Positions 6,974 to 17,562 of a stretch of 25,038 bases of DNA are shown here, one piece after another. Position 1 is the stretch's first letter. Each line of letters opens with the position of its first letter. The translations under genes were made by a program, and so were the position numbers. The notes beneath the pieces are model-generated. The model had not been told where the DNA came from. It made no database searches and worked only from the letters and a program-made list of their open reading frames with translations. Source of the stretch: an uncultured Chromatiaceae bacterium (GTDB lineage: Bacteria; Pseudomonadota; Gammaproteobacteria; Steroidobacterales; GCA-2729495); assembly GCA_964613445.1 (NCBI GenBank), contig CAZTGY010000003.1, positions 1-25,038 of the forward strand, given 5' to 3'.

Positions 6974-8473
6974 TTGGGGGCAGGGGCGTTGGTCTGGCGC
7001 GGATCTTTCTGGCGCGGATGGGCCTGGCACGGAGGCGCCACTCGCGGGCCGGCAGCCCGGTACCGGGTCGCCTGCGTGCTCGGCGGGATCCTCGCCGCGG
7101 GGAACCTGGCCGCCGCGCCAGTCCGCCTCCAGGTCCAGTCGATCGCCATCGACGCGGAGGGATCCACCACCCTCGTCGATCTGCGGCTCACCCGTGACGC
7201 CCAGTTCAACCTCTTCACGCTCACCAGCCCCGACCGGGTCGTCATCGATATCTCGTCGGCCGCGCTGGGGCCCTCGGCATTGCCCCTGCCCGTTGCCGCG
7301 GGCGCGATCCGGCAGATTCGTGTAGCCCATCGCCCGGGCGGCAACCTGCGCATCGTCTTTGACGTGACCGAAGCAATGCGCCCCTCGGCCAGGGCGGCCG
7401 CGGGTGGGCAGGCGCCGCACCTGGCCATCGAAATGCGCCCGGTCACCGTGCTGGCGGCAGCGCCTGCCGCCGGTCCGACGCCGGCACCAGCGCTGGCGCC
7501 GGCGCCAATACCGGAACCACCGGCCCCGTTGATCCGCCCGCCAACCCCGACCCCAACCCCTACGGTGGTGGTGGTCGTGGATGCCGGGCACGGCGGCCAT
7601 GATCCGGGCGCCCACGGGCCCTCCGGCGTCCGGGAGAAGGACGTCACCCTGGCCATCAGCCGCCGCCTCGTGGCCCTGCTGAACGAGGAGCCCGGCATGC
7701 GCGGCGTCCTCACCCGCAGTGACGACCGCTTCCTCGGCTTGCGGGAGCGCATGGAGAGGGCACGCGGTGCCAACGCCAGCCTGTTCATCTCGATTCACGC
7801 CGATGCGGCCTACAACCGCAGCGCGCAGGGGTCCACCGTGTACGTGCTCTCGGAGAAGGCGGCCAGCGACGAGGCTTCCCGCCGCCTGGCCGCCCGCGAG
7901 AACGCCGCCCTGATCGGCGGCGTGGAACTGGGCGACAAGGATCCCGTGCTCGCTTCGGTGCTCATGGACCTGTCCCAGAATGCATCCATCAGCTCGAGCA
8001 TTGCGGTCGGTGATGCGATCCTGATGAACATGGACCGGCTCGGCCGCCTGCATCGGCGCACCGTGCAGCAGGCCCCGTTCATGGTCCTGAAATCACCCGA
8101 CGTTCCCTCCGTGCTGGTGGAGACCGCCTACATCTCGAACCCGACCGATGAGCGCAACCTTAGGTCCGCGTCCCACCAGCAGGCCCTGGCCAGCGCCATC
8201 CTCGACGGCGTCCGGAAGTATTTCGCCGCGAACCCGCCGGGCAATGCCATCAGCCCGGGCATCACCACGGCCTCGGCGGAGGCGGGGTCCGGGGCCGTGC
8301 CCCGCGCGGGTGTTGAGCGTCCGCAGCAACACGTCATCCGGCGGGGGGACACCCTGTCCGGGGTGGCGAGCCTCTACCGCGTCAGCATCAGCAGCCTGCG
8401 GGCCGAGAATCGCCTGCGATCGGACACGGTCCGGGTCGGCCAGAAGCTGCGGATTCCCCGCGAAACCAGCTGA
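6974..8473 (+). CDS. amiB: N-acetylmuramoyl-L-alanine amidase (signal peptide, AMIN, Pro-rich linker, Amidase_3, LysM)
   Basis: VVVDAGHGGHDPGA, EKDVTL, LTRSDD, LFISIHAD, QQAPFMVLKSPDVPSVLVETAYISN; C-terminal LysM HVIRRGDTLSGVA...GQKLRIP; position between tsaE and mutL. The start is uncertain (TTG 6974 or later). Confidence 0.9.
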   Translation: MGAGALVWRGSFWRGWAWHGGATRGPAARYRVACVLGGILAAGNLAAAPVRLQVQSIAIDAEGSTTLVDLRLTRDAQFNLFTLTSPDRVVIDISSAALGPSALPLPVAAGAIRQIRVAHRPGGNLRIVFDVTEAMRPSARAAAGGQAPHLAIEMRPVTVLAAAPAAGPTPAPALAPAPIPEPPAPLIRPPTPTPTPTVVVVVDAGHGGHDPGAHGPSGVREKDVTLAISRRLVALLNEEPGMRGVLTRSDDRFLGLRERMERARGANASLFISIHADAAYNRSAQGSTVYVLSEKAASDEASRRLAARENAALIGGVELGDKDPVLASVLMDLSQNASISSSIAVGDAILMNMDRLGRLHRRTVQQAPFMVLKSPDVPSVLVETAYISNPTDERNLRSASHQQALASAILDGVRKYFAANPPGNAISPGITTASAEAGSGAVPRAGVERPQQHVIRRGDTLSGVASLYRVSISSLRAENRLRSDTVRVGQKLRIPRETS

Positions 8474-8522
8474 CGCCCGGTGGCCCGCGCGCCGCGTCCC
8501 TGGCCGCTGGCGGCGGGTTGCA

Positions 8523-8551
8523 TAGGCAAGAGGCCGCGCATTTGAAAGAAT
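8523..8551 (+). promoter_or_regulatory. Putative sigma70 promoter placing +1 at the mutL ATG
   Basis: TAGGCA (8523-8528)-N17-AAGAAT (8546-8551, preceded by TGn)-N6-ATG (8558). Confidence 0.45.
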
Positions 8552-8557
8552 GCGGCC

Positions 8558-10315
8558 ATGCCGATCCGCCAGTTGCCAGCGCATCTCGTCAACCAGATCG
8601 CTGCGGGCGAGGTCGTCGAGCGCCCCGCGTCGGTCGTGAAGGAGCTGCTCGAGAACAGCCTCGATGCGGGGGCCACGCGGGTGGAGCTCGAGCTCGAGGA
8701 AGCCGGCATCCGCCTCTGCCGCATCCGGGACAACGGCGGCGGAATCCCCCGGGACGAGCTGCCCGTCGCCCTCGCGCGCCACGCCACGAGCAAGATCGGC
8801 AGCCTGGAGGACCTCGAGCAGGTGGCAACCCTGGGATTCCGTGGCGAGGCATTGCCCAGCATTGCGTCGGTCTCGCGCCTGACGCTCATCTCGCGGCACC
8901 GGGACGCCGCCAGCGGCTACTCCGTGACCGGCGACGAGGGCGGGCCCGCGCCGGCGGCGCCGGCGGCCCATCCACCGGGAACCACCGTGGAGGTGCGGGA
9001 CCTGTTCTTCAATACCCCGGCGCGGCGGCGCTTCCTCCGGAGCGAGCGAACCGAGTTCGCCCACGTGCGCGCCACCATCGAGAGCATCGCCCTGTCCAGG
9101 GGCTCGGTCGCCGTGCGGGTCGAGCACAATGAGCGCGTCGTGCTGGACCTGCCGGCGGCACAGTCCGACGCGGACCTCGCCGTGCGCATCGGCAGGATCT
9201 GCGGCGAGGAGTTCATCCGCAATGCCGTCCACCTGGAGAGGGGCGCCGCCGGGTTTGCGCTGCGTGGCTGGATCGTGCGGCCGACCCACGCACGGAGCCA
9301 GCCCGACCTGCAACACGTCTTCCTGAACGGCCGCGCCATTCGCGACAAGGTCCTGGCGGGCGCTATCCGGGCGGCGTACCGGGATGTGCTGTACCGGGAT
9401 CGCTGGCCGGCCTATGTCCTCTACCTGGATATGGATCCGGCCTGGGTGGACGTGAACGCCCACCCGGCGAAGCATGAAGTGCGGTTCCGCGACCCCGGCA
9501 ACGTCCGTGACTTCGTCCGCCGGGCCGTGGAGGACGCCCTGGCGGGGCAGGGCGCCGCCGGCGCCGCACCCGGGGGCGAGCCTGCAGTGCCGGCCGACGG
9601 CGCGGTCACGGCGTCGCTGGCCCTTGGCATCCCCGGCGATCGCGGGGCCACCCCCCCGACGCCGGGCCAGGTGTGCGATGCCGGTCCGGATTACCGGGTC
9701 GCGGAAGGCACGCCGGAGCCAGCGCCCGGCACGCCGGCCCTCGGCTTCGCCATCGCGCAGCTGCACGGCATCTACATCCTGGCCGAGACGGCTGCGGGAC
9801 TGGTGGTCGTGGACGCTCACGCGGCCCACGAGCGCATCACCTACGAGCGGTTGAAGGCTTCCATCCGGCAGTCGTCCGTCCAGTCCCAGGCGCTGCTCCT
9901 GCCCGAGTCCCTGCCGGTGACCGAGGCGGAGGCGGAGCGAGCCGCGCACCACGCCGGGCTGCTGGAGCGCTGCGGGTTCGACCTGCGGCGCACCGGCGCA
10001 GACCGCCTCACCCTGCGCGCCGTGCCGGCGGTGCTCGCGGGCGACGATGCGGTGTCGCTGGTGCGCGGGCTGGTGGCCAGGCTGCACGACGACATCACCT
10101 TCGATGAGCTCCTGGGCCTGCTCGACCGGTGCCTCGCGGACGTGGCCTGCCATGCCTCGATCCGTGCGAATCGCCGCCTCAGCATCGAGGAGATGAACAG
10201 CCTGCTGCGCGACATGGAGCGCACGCCGCGCAGCGAGCAGTGCAATCACGGCCGGCGCACCCGGGTGGCCCTGTCGCTGCCGGAGCTCGATCGGCTCTTC
10301 GCCCGCGGCCGCTGA
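8558..10315 (+). CDS. mutL: DNA mismatch repair endonuclease MutL
   Basis: NQIAAGEVVERPASVVKELLENSLDAGA, DNGGGI, RHATSKI, LGFRGEALPSI, GTTVEV.DLFFNTPARRRFL, VDVNAHPAKHEVRF; C-terminal DAHAAHERITYE, ACH and CNHGR motifs. Confidence 0.98.
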   Translation: MPIRQLPAHLVNQIAAGEVVERPASVVKELLENSLDAGATRVELELEEAGIRLCRIRDNGGGIPRDELPVALARHATSKIGSLEDLEQVATLGFRGEALPSIASVSRLTLISRHRDAASGYSVTGDEGGPAPAAPAAHPPGTTVEVRDLFFNTPARRRFLRSERTEFAHVRATIESIALSRGSVAVRVEHNERVVLDLPAAQSDADLAVRIGRICGEEFIRNAVHLERGAAGFALRGWIVRPTHARSQPDLQHVFLNGRAIRDKVLAGAIRAAYRDVLYRDRWPAYVLYLDMDPAWVDVNAHPAKHEVRFRDPGNVRDFVRRAVEDALAGQGAAGAAPGGEPAVPADGAVTASLALGIPGDRGATPPTPGQVCDAGPDYRVAEGTPEPAPGTPALGFAIAQLHGIYILAETAAGLVVVDAHAAHERITYERLKASIRQSSVQSQALLLPESLPVTEAEAERAAHHAGLLERCGFDLRRTGADRLTLRAVPAVLAGDDAVSLVRGLVARLHDDITFDELLGLLDRCLADVACHASIRANRRLSIEEMNSLLRDMERTPRSEQCNHGRRTRVALSLPELDRLFARGR

Positions 10316-10327
10316 GTCGCGATCGGC

Positions 10328-11284
10328 ATGCCGGAGGTGCCAGTGGACGTCGCGGTGTGCCTCATGGGCCCAACGGCCACCGGCAAGACCGACCTGGCCC
10401 TGGCGCTGGCCGACCGGCTGCCACTAGGCCTGATCAGCGTGGACTCCGCCATGGTCTACCGGCACCTGGACATCGGCAGCGGCAAGCCCCCGCGGGACGT
10501 GCTGGAGCGCCATCCCCACCGGCTGATCGACATCCGGGAGCCCTGGGAACAGTATTCGGCGGGCGACTTTGCCAGCGACGCGGCCCGGGCGGTCCGCGAT
10601 ATCAGTGCCGCCGGCCGGCTACCGCTGCTGGTCGGCGGTACGTTCCTCTACTTCCGGAGTCTCGTGCACGGGCTTTCGGCACTGCCACCCGCCGATCCGG
10701 CGTTGCGGGCCGACCTCGACGCCCGGGCAGCCCGCGCGGGCTGGCCCGCCATGCACGCGGAGCTCGCGCGCTTCGATCCGGTCGCCGCCGCCCGGATCGG
10801 CGTGACGGACCGCCAGCGCATCCAGCGGGCCCTCGAGGTCTGTCTGCTGACCGGCGAGCCGATCTCGGCGCTACAGGGGCGCGCTCCGGCGGGGCGGGCG
10901 GGGCGGTTCTTCCGGGTCGCGCTCATGCCCCGGGACCGGCGGGAGCTCGCGGAGCGCATTGCGCGGCGCTTCCGGCTCATGGTGGAGCGCGGCTTCGTTG
11001 GCGAAGTGGAGCGGCTGCTGTCCCTGCCGGAGATGCACGCGGACCGGCCGGCACTGCGGGCGGTCGGTTACCGGCAGATCGCCCGCTTCGTGGGCGGCGC
11101 CTGCACGCGCGCCGAGGCCGAGGAGCAGGCCCTGGCGGCCACCCGGCAGCTGGCCAAGCGGCAGCTCACCTGGCTGCGCCGGGAGGAGTGCGATCTCTGG
11201 CTCGACATGGCAGCCGACGACCTGCCCGGAACCCTCGAACGGGCCGTTCGTGCCGCGCTTCCGCGGATGCAATATCAGCCCTGA
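10328..11284 (+). CDS. miaA: tRNA dimethylallyltransferase
   Basis: GPTATGKT, SVDSAMVYR.LDIGSGKP, GGTFLY, QRIQRALEV, AVGYRQ and TRQLAKRQLTW motifs. Confidence 0.98.
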   Translation: MPEVPVDVAVCLMGPTATGKTDLALALADRLPLGLISVDSAMVYRHLDIGSGKPPRDVLERHPHRLIDIREPWEQYSAGDFASDAARAVRDISAAGRLPLLVGGTFLYFRSLVHGLSALPPADPALRADLDARAARAGWPAMHAELARFDPVAAARIGVTDRQRIQRALEVCLLTGEPISALQGRAPAGRAGRFFRVALMPRDRRELAERIARRFRLMVERGFVGEVERLLSLPEMHADRPALRAVGYRQIARFVGGACTRAEAEEQALAATRQLAKRQLTWLRREECDLWLDMAADDLPGTLERAVRAALPRMQYQP

Positions 11285-11295
11285 GCGGCTAGAAT
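11267..11295 (+). promoter_or_regulatory. Putative hfq promoter spanning the miaA 3' end
   Basis: ATGCAA-N17-TAGAAT followed by GC-rich GCGGCGG; SD CAGGAG at 11327-11332. Confidence 0.5.
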
Positions 11296-11338
11296 GCGGC
11301 GGCGGCTTTAACGAAAAGAATAATCTCAGGAGTCCACG

Positions 11339-11578
11339 ATGGCCAAAGGTCAGGTGCTGCAGGATCCCTTCTTGAACGCGCTTCGGAAGGAAAAGGTGCC
11401 TGTCTCCATCTATCTCGTGAACGGCATCAAGCTGCAGGGGACGGTCGAGTCCTTCGACCAGTTTGTCGTGCTGCTCAAGAACAGCGTCAGCCAGATGGTC
11501 TACAAGCACGCCATTTCCACGGTCGTCCCGTCGCGGGCGGTTCGTGTTCCGGATGGCGACGAAGAGGATGACGACTGA
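11339..11578 (+). CDS. hfq: RNA chaperone Hfq
   Basis: [34 protein letters not shown]...[13 protein letters not shown]; short acidic tail. Confidence 0.99.
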   Translation: MAKGQVLQDPFLNALRKEKVPVSIYLVNGIKLQGTVESFDQFVVLLKNSVSQMVYKHAISTVVPSRAVRVPDGDEEDDD

Positions 11579-11650
11579 TCATTCCTGCTGACCTGCTGAC
11601 CCTCCGGTGGAGGCCTGCCGGGCGCATCGGGTCGGGTTCGGAGTACCTGC

Positions 11651-12967
11651 TTGTTTGACCGGCCCAGTCATGGCGAACTGGCCGTGCTCGTCCATGTCGG
11701 CGTCGGCCAGCCCCCGGGCCCCGACGCCCGGGCCGAGTTCAACGCCCTGGGCCTGTCCGCCGGGGCGGAGATTGCGGGGTCGCTGACGGCCACCCTTCGC
11801 CAGGTCAATCCGCGCTTCCTCATCGGGACCGGCAAGGTGGAGGAACTGCGCCAGCTGGTGCAGGACACCTGTGCGGAAATCGTCCTGATCGACCATCGCC
11901 TGAGCCCTGCCCAGCAGCGCAACCTCGAAAAGACGCTCGACCGGCGCGTGATCGACCGGACGGGACTGATCCTGGACATCTTCGCGCAGCGCGCGCGCAG
12001 CCACGAAGGCAAGCTGCAGGTCGAGCTGGCGCAGATGGAGCACCTTGCCACGCGGCTGGTCCGCGGCTGGACCCACCTGGAACGGCAGAAGGGTGGCATC
12101 GGCCTGCGCGGGCCTGGCGAGACCCAGCTGGAGACCGACCGGCGCCTCATCGGGGCCCGGATCCGCAGCCTGGGCGAGCGTCTGGGCCGCGTGTCGCAGC
12201 AGCGGCGCACGGCTGGCCAGAAGCGCCGCAAGGAGGAGGTCCCGACCGTCTCGCTGGTGGGCTACACCAACGCCGGCAAGTCCACGCTCTTCAACCTCCT
12301 GACCCGGGCCGGCGTGCTGGTAGCAGACCAGCTGTTTGCCACCCTCGATCCCACGCTGCGGCGTGTCACGCTGGCCGACGGCACGGGGATCGTGCTCGCC
12401 GACACCGTTGGCTTCATCCGGGACCTGCCCCACGAACTCGTTGCCGCATTTCGTTCCACCCTCGAGGAGACCCGGCATTCCCGCCTGCTGTTGCACGTCA
12501 TCGACTCCTCGGATCCCGCTCACGAGGAGCGGATCCACGACGTGGTGAAAGTGCTGGAGGACATCGGGGCGGACCATTTGCCGCGGGTCCAGGTCTATAA
12601 CAAGACTGATATACTCGGCGTTCCGCCGCGGGTGGATCGCGCAGAGACCGGCATGGCAACCCGCGTCTGGCTTTCGTCGCGCACGGGTGTTGGCGTTGAC
12701 GCCCTGCTTGGGGTGATCGCCGAGTACCTGCACGTTGCGTTGCTCAGGTGCACGGTGGAGGTAGCAGCGGCCGAGGCCAGAGTGCGCGCCCGCCTCTACG
12801 AGATGGGCGCGGTCACGGCGGAGCGATTGCGGGATGATGGTGGCTGGGAACTCGATCTGGAGCTCGACCGGCGAGGCTTCGATGACCTCAACCGGCGCGA
12901 GCACCTGCGCGTGCTGTCCGGCCGGTTGCCGGAGCAGGCGCCGGCCCTGCCGGCAGTGGGTCACTGA
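11651..12967 (+). CDS. hflX: Ribosome-splitting GTPase HflX
   Basis: DRTGLILDIFAQRARSHEGKLQVELAQ, GPGETQLETDRR, GYTNAGKS (G1), DQLFATLDPT (G2), DTVGF (G3) and NKTD (G4); TTG start. Confidence 0.98.
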   Translation: MFDRPSHGELAVLVHVGVGQPPGPDARAEFNALGLSAGAEIAGSLTATLRQVNPRFLIGTGKVEELRQLVQDTCAEIVLIDHRLSPAQQRNLEKTLDRRVIDRTGLILDIFAQRARSHEGKLQVELAQMEHLATRLVRGWTHLERQKGGIGLRGPGETQLETDRRLIGARIRSLGERLGRVSQQRRTAGQKRRKEEVPTVSLVGYTNAGKSTLFNLLTRAGVLVADQLFATLDPTLRRVTLADGTGIVLADTVGFIRDLPHELVAAFRSTLEETRHSRLLLHVIDSSDPAHEERIHDVVKVLEDIGADHLPRVQVYNKTDILGVPPRVDRAETGMATRVWLSSRTGVGVDALLGVIAEYLHVALLRCTVEVAAAEARVRARLYEMGAVTAERLRDDGGWELDLELDRRGFDDLNRREHLRVLSGRLPEQAPALPAVGH

Positions 12968-13019
12968 GCGCCTTGCATCTGTAGCTTGCGCATCAACATG
13001 AAAGCCTGGGACTGAAGGC

Positions 13020-14171
13020 ATGGCCTGGAACGAATCTGGCAACGGCAAGAATCCGTGGGACCGGGGGCGCAACGAAGGCCCGCCGGACCTGGACAAGATC
13101 GTCCGTGAGTGGCAGCAGCGGCTGAATGCATTCCTGCGGGGTGGCCGCGGCGGGCCGCGTGCGGCAGGGCCATCCGGCGGACAGTTCAACGGGCCGCTTC
13201 TGAGCCTCCTTGGCACCGTTGCGTTCGTGATCTGGATAGCAACCGGCGTCTACCGGGTCGATGCCGCCGAGCGCGGCGTCGTGACCCGGTTTGGTGCCTA
13301 CCAGGAATCCACCGAGCCCGGCCTCCGCTGGCATCTCCCCTGGCCCATCGAGCGCGTCGAGCGGGTCAACATCAACGAAGTGGTTCCCTTCAAGCAGCAG
13401 ACGCGGATGCTGACCGCCGACGAGAACATCGTGGTCGTCGACCTGGTGGTGCAGTATCGCCGCGCCGATCCCGTCAAGTTCCTGTTCAATGTGCGGGATC
13501 CGGAGGCTACCCTGCAGGACGTCAGCGAAAGCGCCATTCGGGAGGTGATCGGCAAGAACAAGCTGGACTTCGTCCTGCTCGAGGGCCGTACCGAGATCGC
13601 GGTCCTCACGGAGAAGCTCATCCAGCAGACTCTCGACGAGTACCAGACCGGCATGCTCGTTACCAAGGTCAACCTCCAGGATGCCAACTTCCCCAGCCAG
13701 GTGGAGGCGGCCGTGCAGGACGCCATCAAGGCGCGCGAAGACCGTGAGCGCCTCTCCTTCGAGGCCCAGGCCTATGCCAATGACGTGCTGCCCAGGGCCC
13801 GCGGCGAAGCGGTGCGCCGCCAGCAGGACTCCGAGGCCTATCGCGCCCGCGTCGTGGCCGATGCCCAGGGCGAAGCCTCGCGCTTCACGCAGCTCCTCAG
13901 TGAGTACAAGCAGGCGCCTGAGGTCATGCGCAAGCGGCTCTACCTCGATGCCATGGAAGACATCTACGCCAGCTCGAGCAAGGTGCTGATCGACTCCAAC
14001 GACGGCAGCAAGATGATCTACCTGCCCATCGACAAGCTCCTCGAGAAGCGCCGCGAGCCGGCCGCCGCGGCCCCGAGCCAGGCCGTGCGGACCCCGGCCG
14101 CCAGCGCGGCAGCCGAGGCATCCACGGCAACCCGCGATCGCGAAGATCGCCGTACCCGGGAGGCCCGATGA
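13020..14171 (+). CDS. hflK: FtsH protease modulator HflK
   Basis: MAWNE...PW...GPPDLD N-terminus, one TM helix, SPFH domain (RFG, PGLRWHLPWPIE, MLTADEN), ARGEA, APEVMRKRLYLDAM. Confidence 0.98.
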   Translation: MAWNESGNGKNPWDRGRNEGPPDLDKIVREWQQRLNAFLRGGRGGPRAAGPSGGQFNGPLLSLLGTVAFVIWIATGVYRVDAAERGVVTRFGAYQESTEPGLRWHLPWPIERVERVNINEVVPFKQQTRMLTADENIVVVDLVVQYRRADPVKFLFNVRDPEATLQDVSESAIREVIGKNKLDFVLLEGRTEIAVLTEKLIQQTLDEYQTGMLVTKVNLQDANFPSQVEAAVQDAIKAREDRERLSFEAQAYANDVLPRARGEAVRRQQDSEAYRARVVADAQGEASRFTQLLSEYKQAPEVMRKRLYLDAMEDIYASSSKVLIDSNDGSKMIYLPIDKLLEKRREPAAAAPSQAVRTPAASAAAEASTATRDREDRRTREAR

Positions 14172-15037
14172 ACATTCGCGCACTCGCGCCGATCGGCCTG
14201 CTGTTGCTGGCCTGGATCGCCAGCCTGTCGGTCTTTACCGTCGACGAGCGGGAACTGGCCATCAAGTTCCGGCTGGGCAAGATCATCCAGACCGAGTTCG
14301 AGCCTGGGCTGCACTTCAAGATGCCGTTCATCAACAACGTCAGGAAGTTCCCGCGCCAGATCCTTACCCAGACCAACCCGCAGGAACTGTTCCTCACCTT
14401 CGAGAAGAAGAACCTGTTCGTGGACTTCTTCGTGAAGTGGCGGATCATCGACGTTGGTGCCTTCTACCGGGCGACCCGCGGCGACGAGGCCCTGGCGGCC
14501 CAGCGACTGATCGAAATCGTCAAGGATGGCGTCCGCAGCGAGTTTGCCAAGCGTACCGTGCCACAGGTGGTGACGGCTGAGCGGCGCGAACTGCTGGACA
14601 ACATGCTGGCGAGCGCACGGAAGAACGCCCGCGAACTCGGCATGGAGGTCGTCGACGTCCGGGTCAAGCGCACCGAGTTCCCGGAACAGGTCAGCGACTC
14701 CGTATTCGACCGCATGCGCCAGGAGCGTGCGCGAACGGCCTCCGAGCTGCGTGCGCAGGGTGCCGAGGCCGCCGAGCAGATCCGGGCGGAAGCCGACCGG
14801 CAGCGCACCGTGACGCTCGCCGAGGCCTATCGCGAGGCCGAGAAGGTCAGGGGTGCCGGCGACGCCGAAGCGGCGCGTATCTATGCCGAGGCCTATCAGA
14901 AGGACCCCGAGTTCTTCTCCTTCTACCGCAGCATCCAGGCCTACCGGCGCTCGCTCGGCAAGGAGAATGACCTGCTGGTCCTCGACAAGGACAGCGATTT
15001 CTTCCGGTACATGCAGCGGCCGGATGGCGGGCGCTAG
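14168..15037 (+). CDS. hflC: FtsH protease modulator HflC
   Basis: N-terminal TM helix, PGLHFKMPFI, VDVRVKR, SVFDRMRQER, PEFFSFYRSIQAY and DSDFFRY; ATGA overlap with hflK. Confidence 0.98.
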   Translation: MNIRALAPIGLLLLAWIASLSVFTVDERELAIKFRLGKIIQTEFEPGLHFKMPFINNVRKFPRQILTQTNPQELFLTFEKKNLFVDFFVKWRIIDVGAFYRATRGDEALAAQRLIEIVKDGVRSEFAKRTVPQVVTAERRELLDNMLASARKNARELGMEVVDVRVKRTEFPEQVSDSVFDRMRQERARTASELRAQGAEAAEQIRAEADRQRTVTLAEAYREAEKVRGAGDAEAARIYAEAYQKDPEFFSFYRSIQAYRRSLGKENDLLVLDKDSDFFRYMQRPDGGR

Positions 15038-15108
15038 GACGGCAAGCTCGATCCAGGGACTTCGCCTGAACGCGGCGACGTTTCCGGGGCGGCCTGCTGT
15101 TGGCAGTG

Positions 15109-16601
<1,493 letters not shown>

Positions 16602-16620
16602 CCGCAGGGAACCCGGCCCG

Positions 16621-17562
16621 ATGCAAATCCCGCTGCAACCTGCGATTCCGCCAGCGGGAGCCGGCAGGGTGCGGGGCGGGACCCGGGTCCGGCTCGTCAT
16701 CCTCGGCCTGGTGGCTGCCGTGATGCTCGGCGGCTGCGTGATCCGTGTGGCGTACAACCAGCTGGACTGGCTGGCCCTCTGGTACGTGGAGGATTACTTC
16801 GATCTCGACGCCGCCCAGGAAGCCCAGGCGCGGCAGATGATCGGCCGGACGATCACCTGGCACCGCCAGACCCAGCTGCCACGCTATGCCAGCCTGGTGC
16901 GCACGGTGCAGGCCGGCACCACGCCGCCCGTAGAACCTGCCTTCCTCGCCGACCGGTATGCCGAGGTCGTGGCGCTCTGGGACGACCTGCTGCGGCAGGT
17001 TGCGCCCGACTTTGCCGTTTTGCTCCAGTCGCTCAGTGACGAGCAGGTGGAGGAGCTCTTCGAGAACCTCGCGGACGAGAACCGGGAGCTGGAGGAGGAT
17101 TACTCGGGCATCAGTCGCGAGGAACGCCGGGTGAAGCAGGACAAGGCCATCATCAGGGCATTCAGGCGCTTCACCGGCCGGCTGAGCCCTGACCAGGAAG
17201 TTCTCGTGCGCACGCACACGGCCCGGTTTCACGACCTGTCGGCGGACTGGCTGAAGCGCAGGGCGGCCTGGCAGGCGGAGTTTCGGGTGGTGATGGCTGG
17301 CAGGCGGGCCAACCCGCAGTTCGCAGAGCGCATCAAGGACCTCATGCTCCACCCGAACCAGTTCGACAGCCCGGGCTACCGCAAGCTGGTGCTCGAAAAC
17401 CAGCAGGCCTCGTTCCGGCTGGTGGCAGCCGTTCTGGACAGCCTGTCGCCGAGGCAGTCCGAGCACCTGCGCAAACACCTCGCCACCTACGCCAGCGACT
17501 TCGACGCCCTCGTCCGTGAGACGGCCAGGCCAGACCCGCAACCAGGAGACACGCGAAGATGA
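16621..17562 (+). CDS. Putative lipoprotein, DUF6279-like family
   Basis: Basic n-region, hydrophobic stretch and lipobox LGGC (Cys39), followed by AYNQLDWLALWYVEDYFDL...WHRQTQLPRY, a pattern I recall from DUF6279 lipoproteins. The real start may be downstream of 16621. Confidence 0.75.
   Translation: MQIPLQPAIPPAGAGRVRGGTRVRLVILGLVAAVMLGGCVIRVAYNQLDWLALWYVEDYFDLDAAQEAQARQMIGRTITWHRQTQLPRYASLVRTVQAGTTPPVEPAFLADRYAEVVALWDDLLRQVAPDFAVLLQSLSDEQVEELFENLADENRELEEDYSGISREERRVKQDKAIIRAFRRFTGRLSPDQEVLVRTHTARFHDLSADWLKRRAAWQAEFRVVMAGRRANPQFAERIKDLMLHPNQFDSPGYRKLVLENQQASFRLVAAVLDSLSPRQSEHLRKHLATYASDFDALVRETARPDPQPGDTRR

Noticed and set aside
7460-7565. Short tandem-like repeats (CCAACCCCGACCCCAACCCCT; PAPAP/PTPTPT)
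   Set aside because: Low-complexity Pro-rich linker between the AMIN and catalytic domains; ordinary for amidases.
8093-10249. 718-aa antisense ORF over mutL, and many other long antisense or alternate-frame ORFs (for example 928-2022, 1908-2879, 3767-4861, 11579-13216, 12993-14183, 21956-23239, 24164-25003)
   Set aside because: Shadow ORFs expected at ~70% GC. They are Arg/Pro/Ala/Gly-rich, carry no recognisable motifs, and fully overlap well-supported genes.
11579-11650. CCTGCTGA tandem repeat and CCTCC-GGT-GGAGG hairpin between hfq and hflX as a possible sRNA or terminator
   Set aside because: The 5-bp stem has no U-tract and no second copy in the window; too little to support a call.
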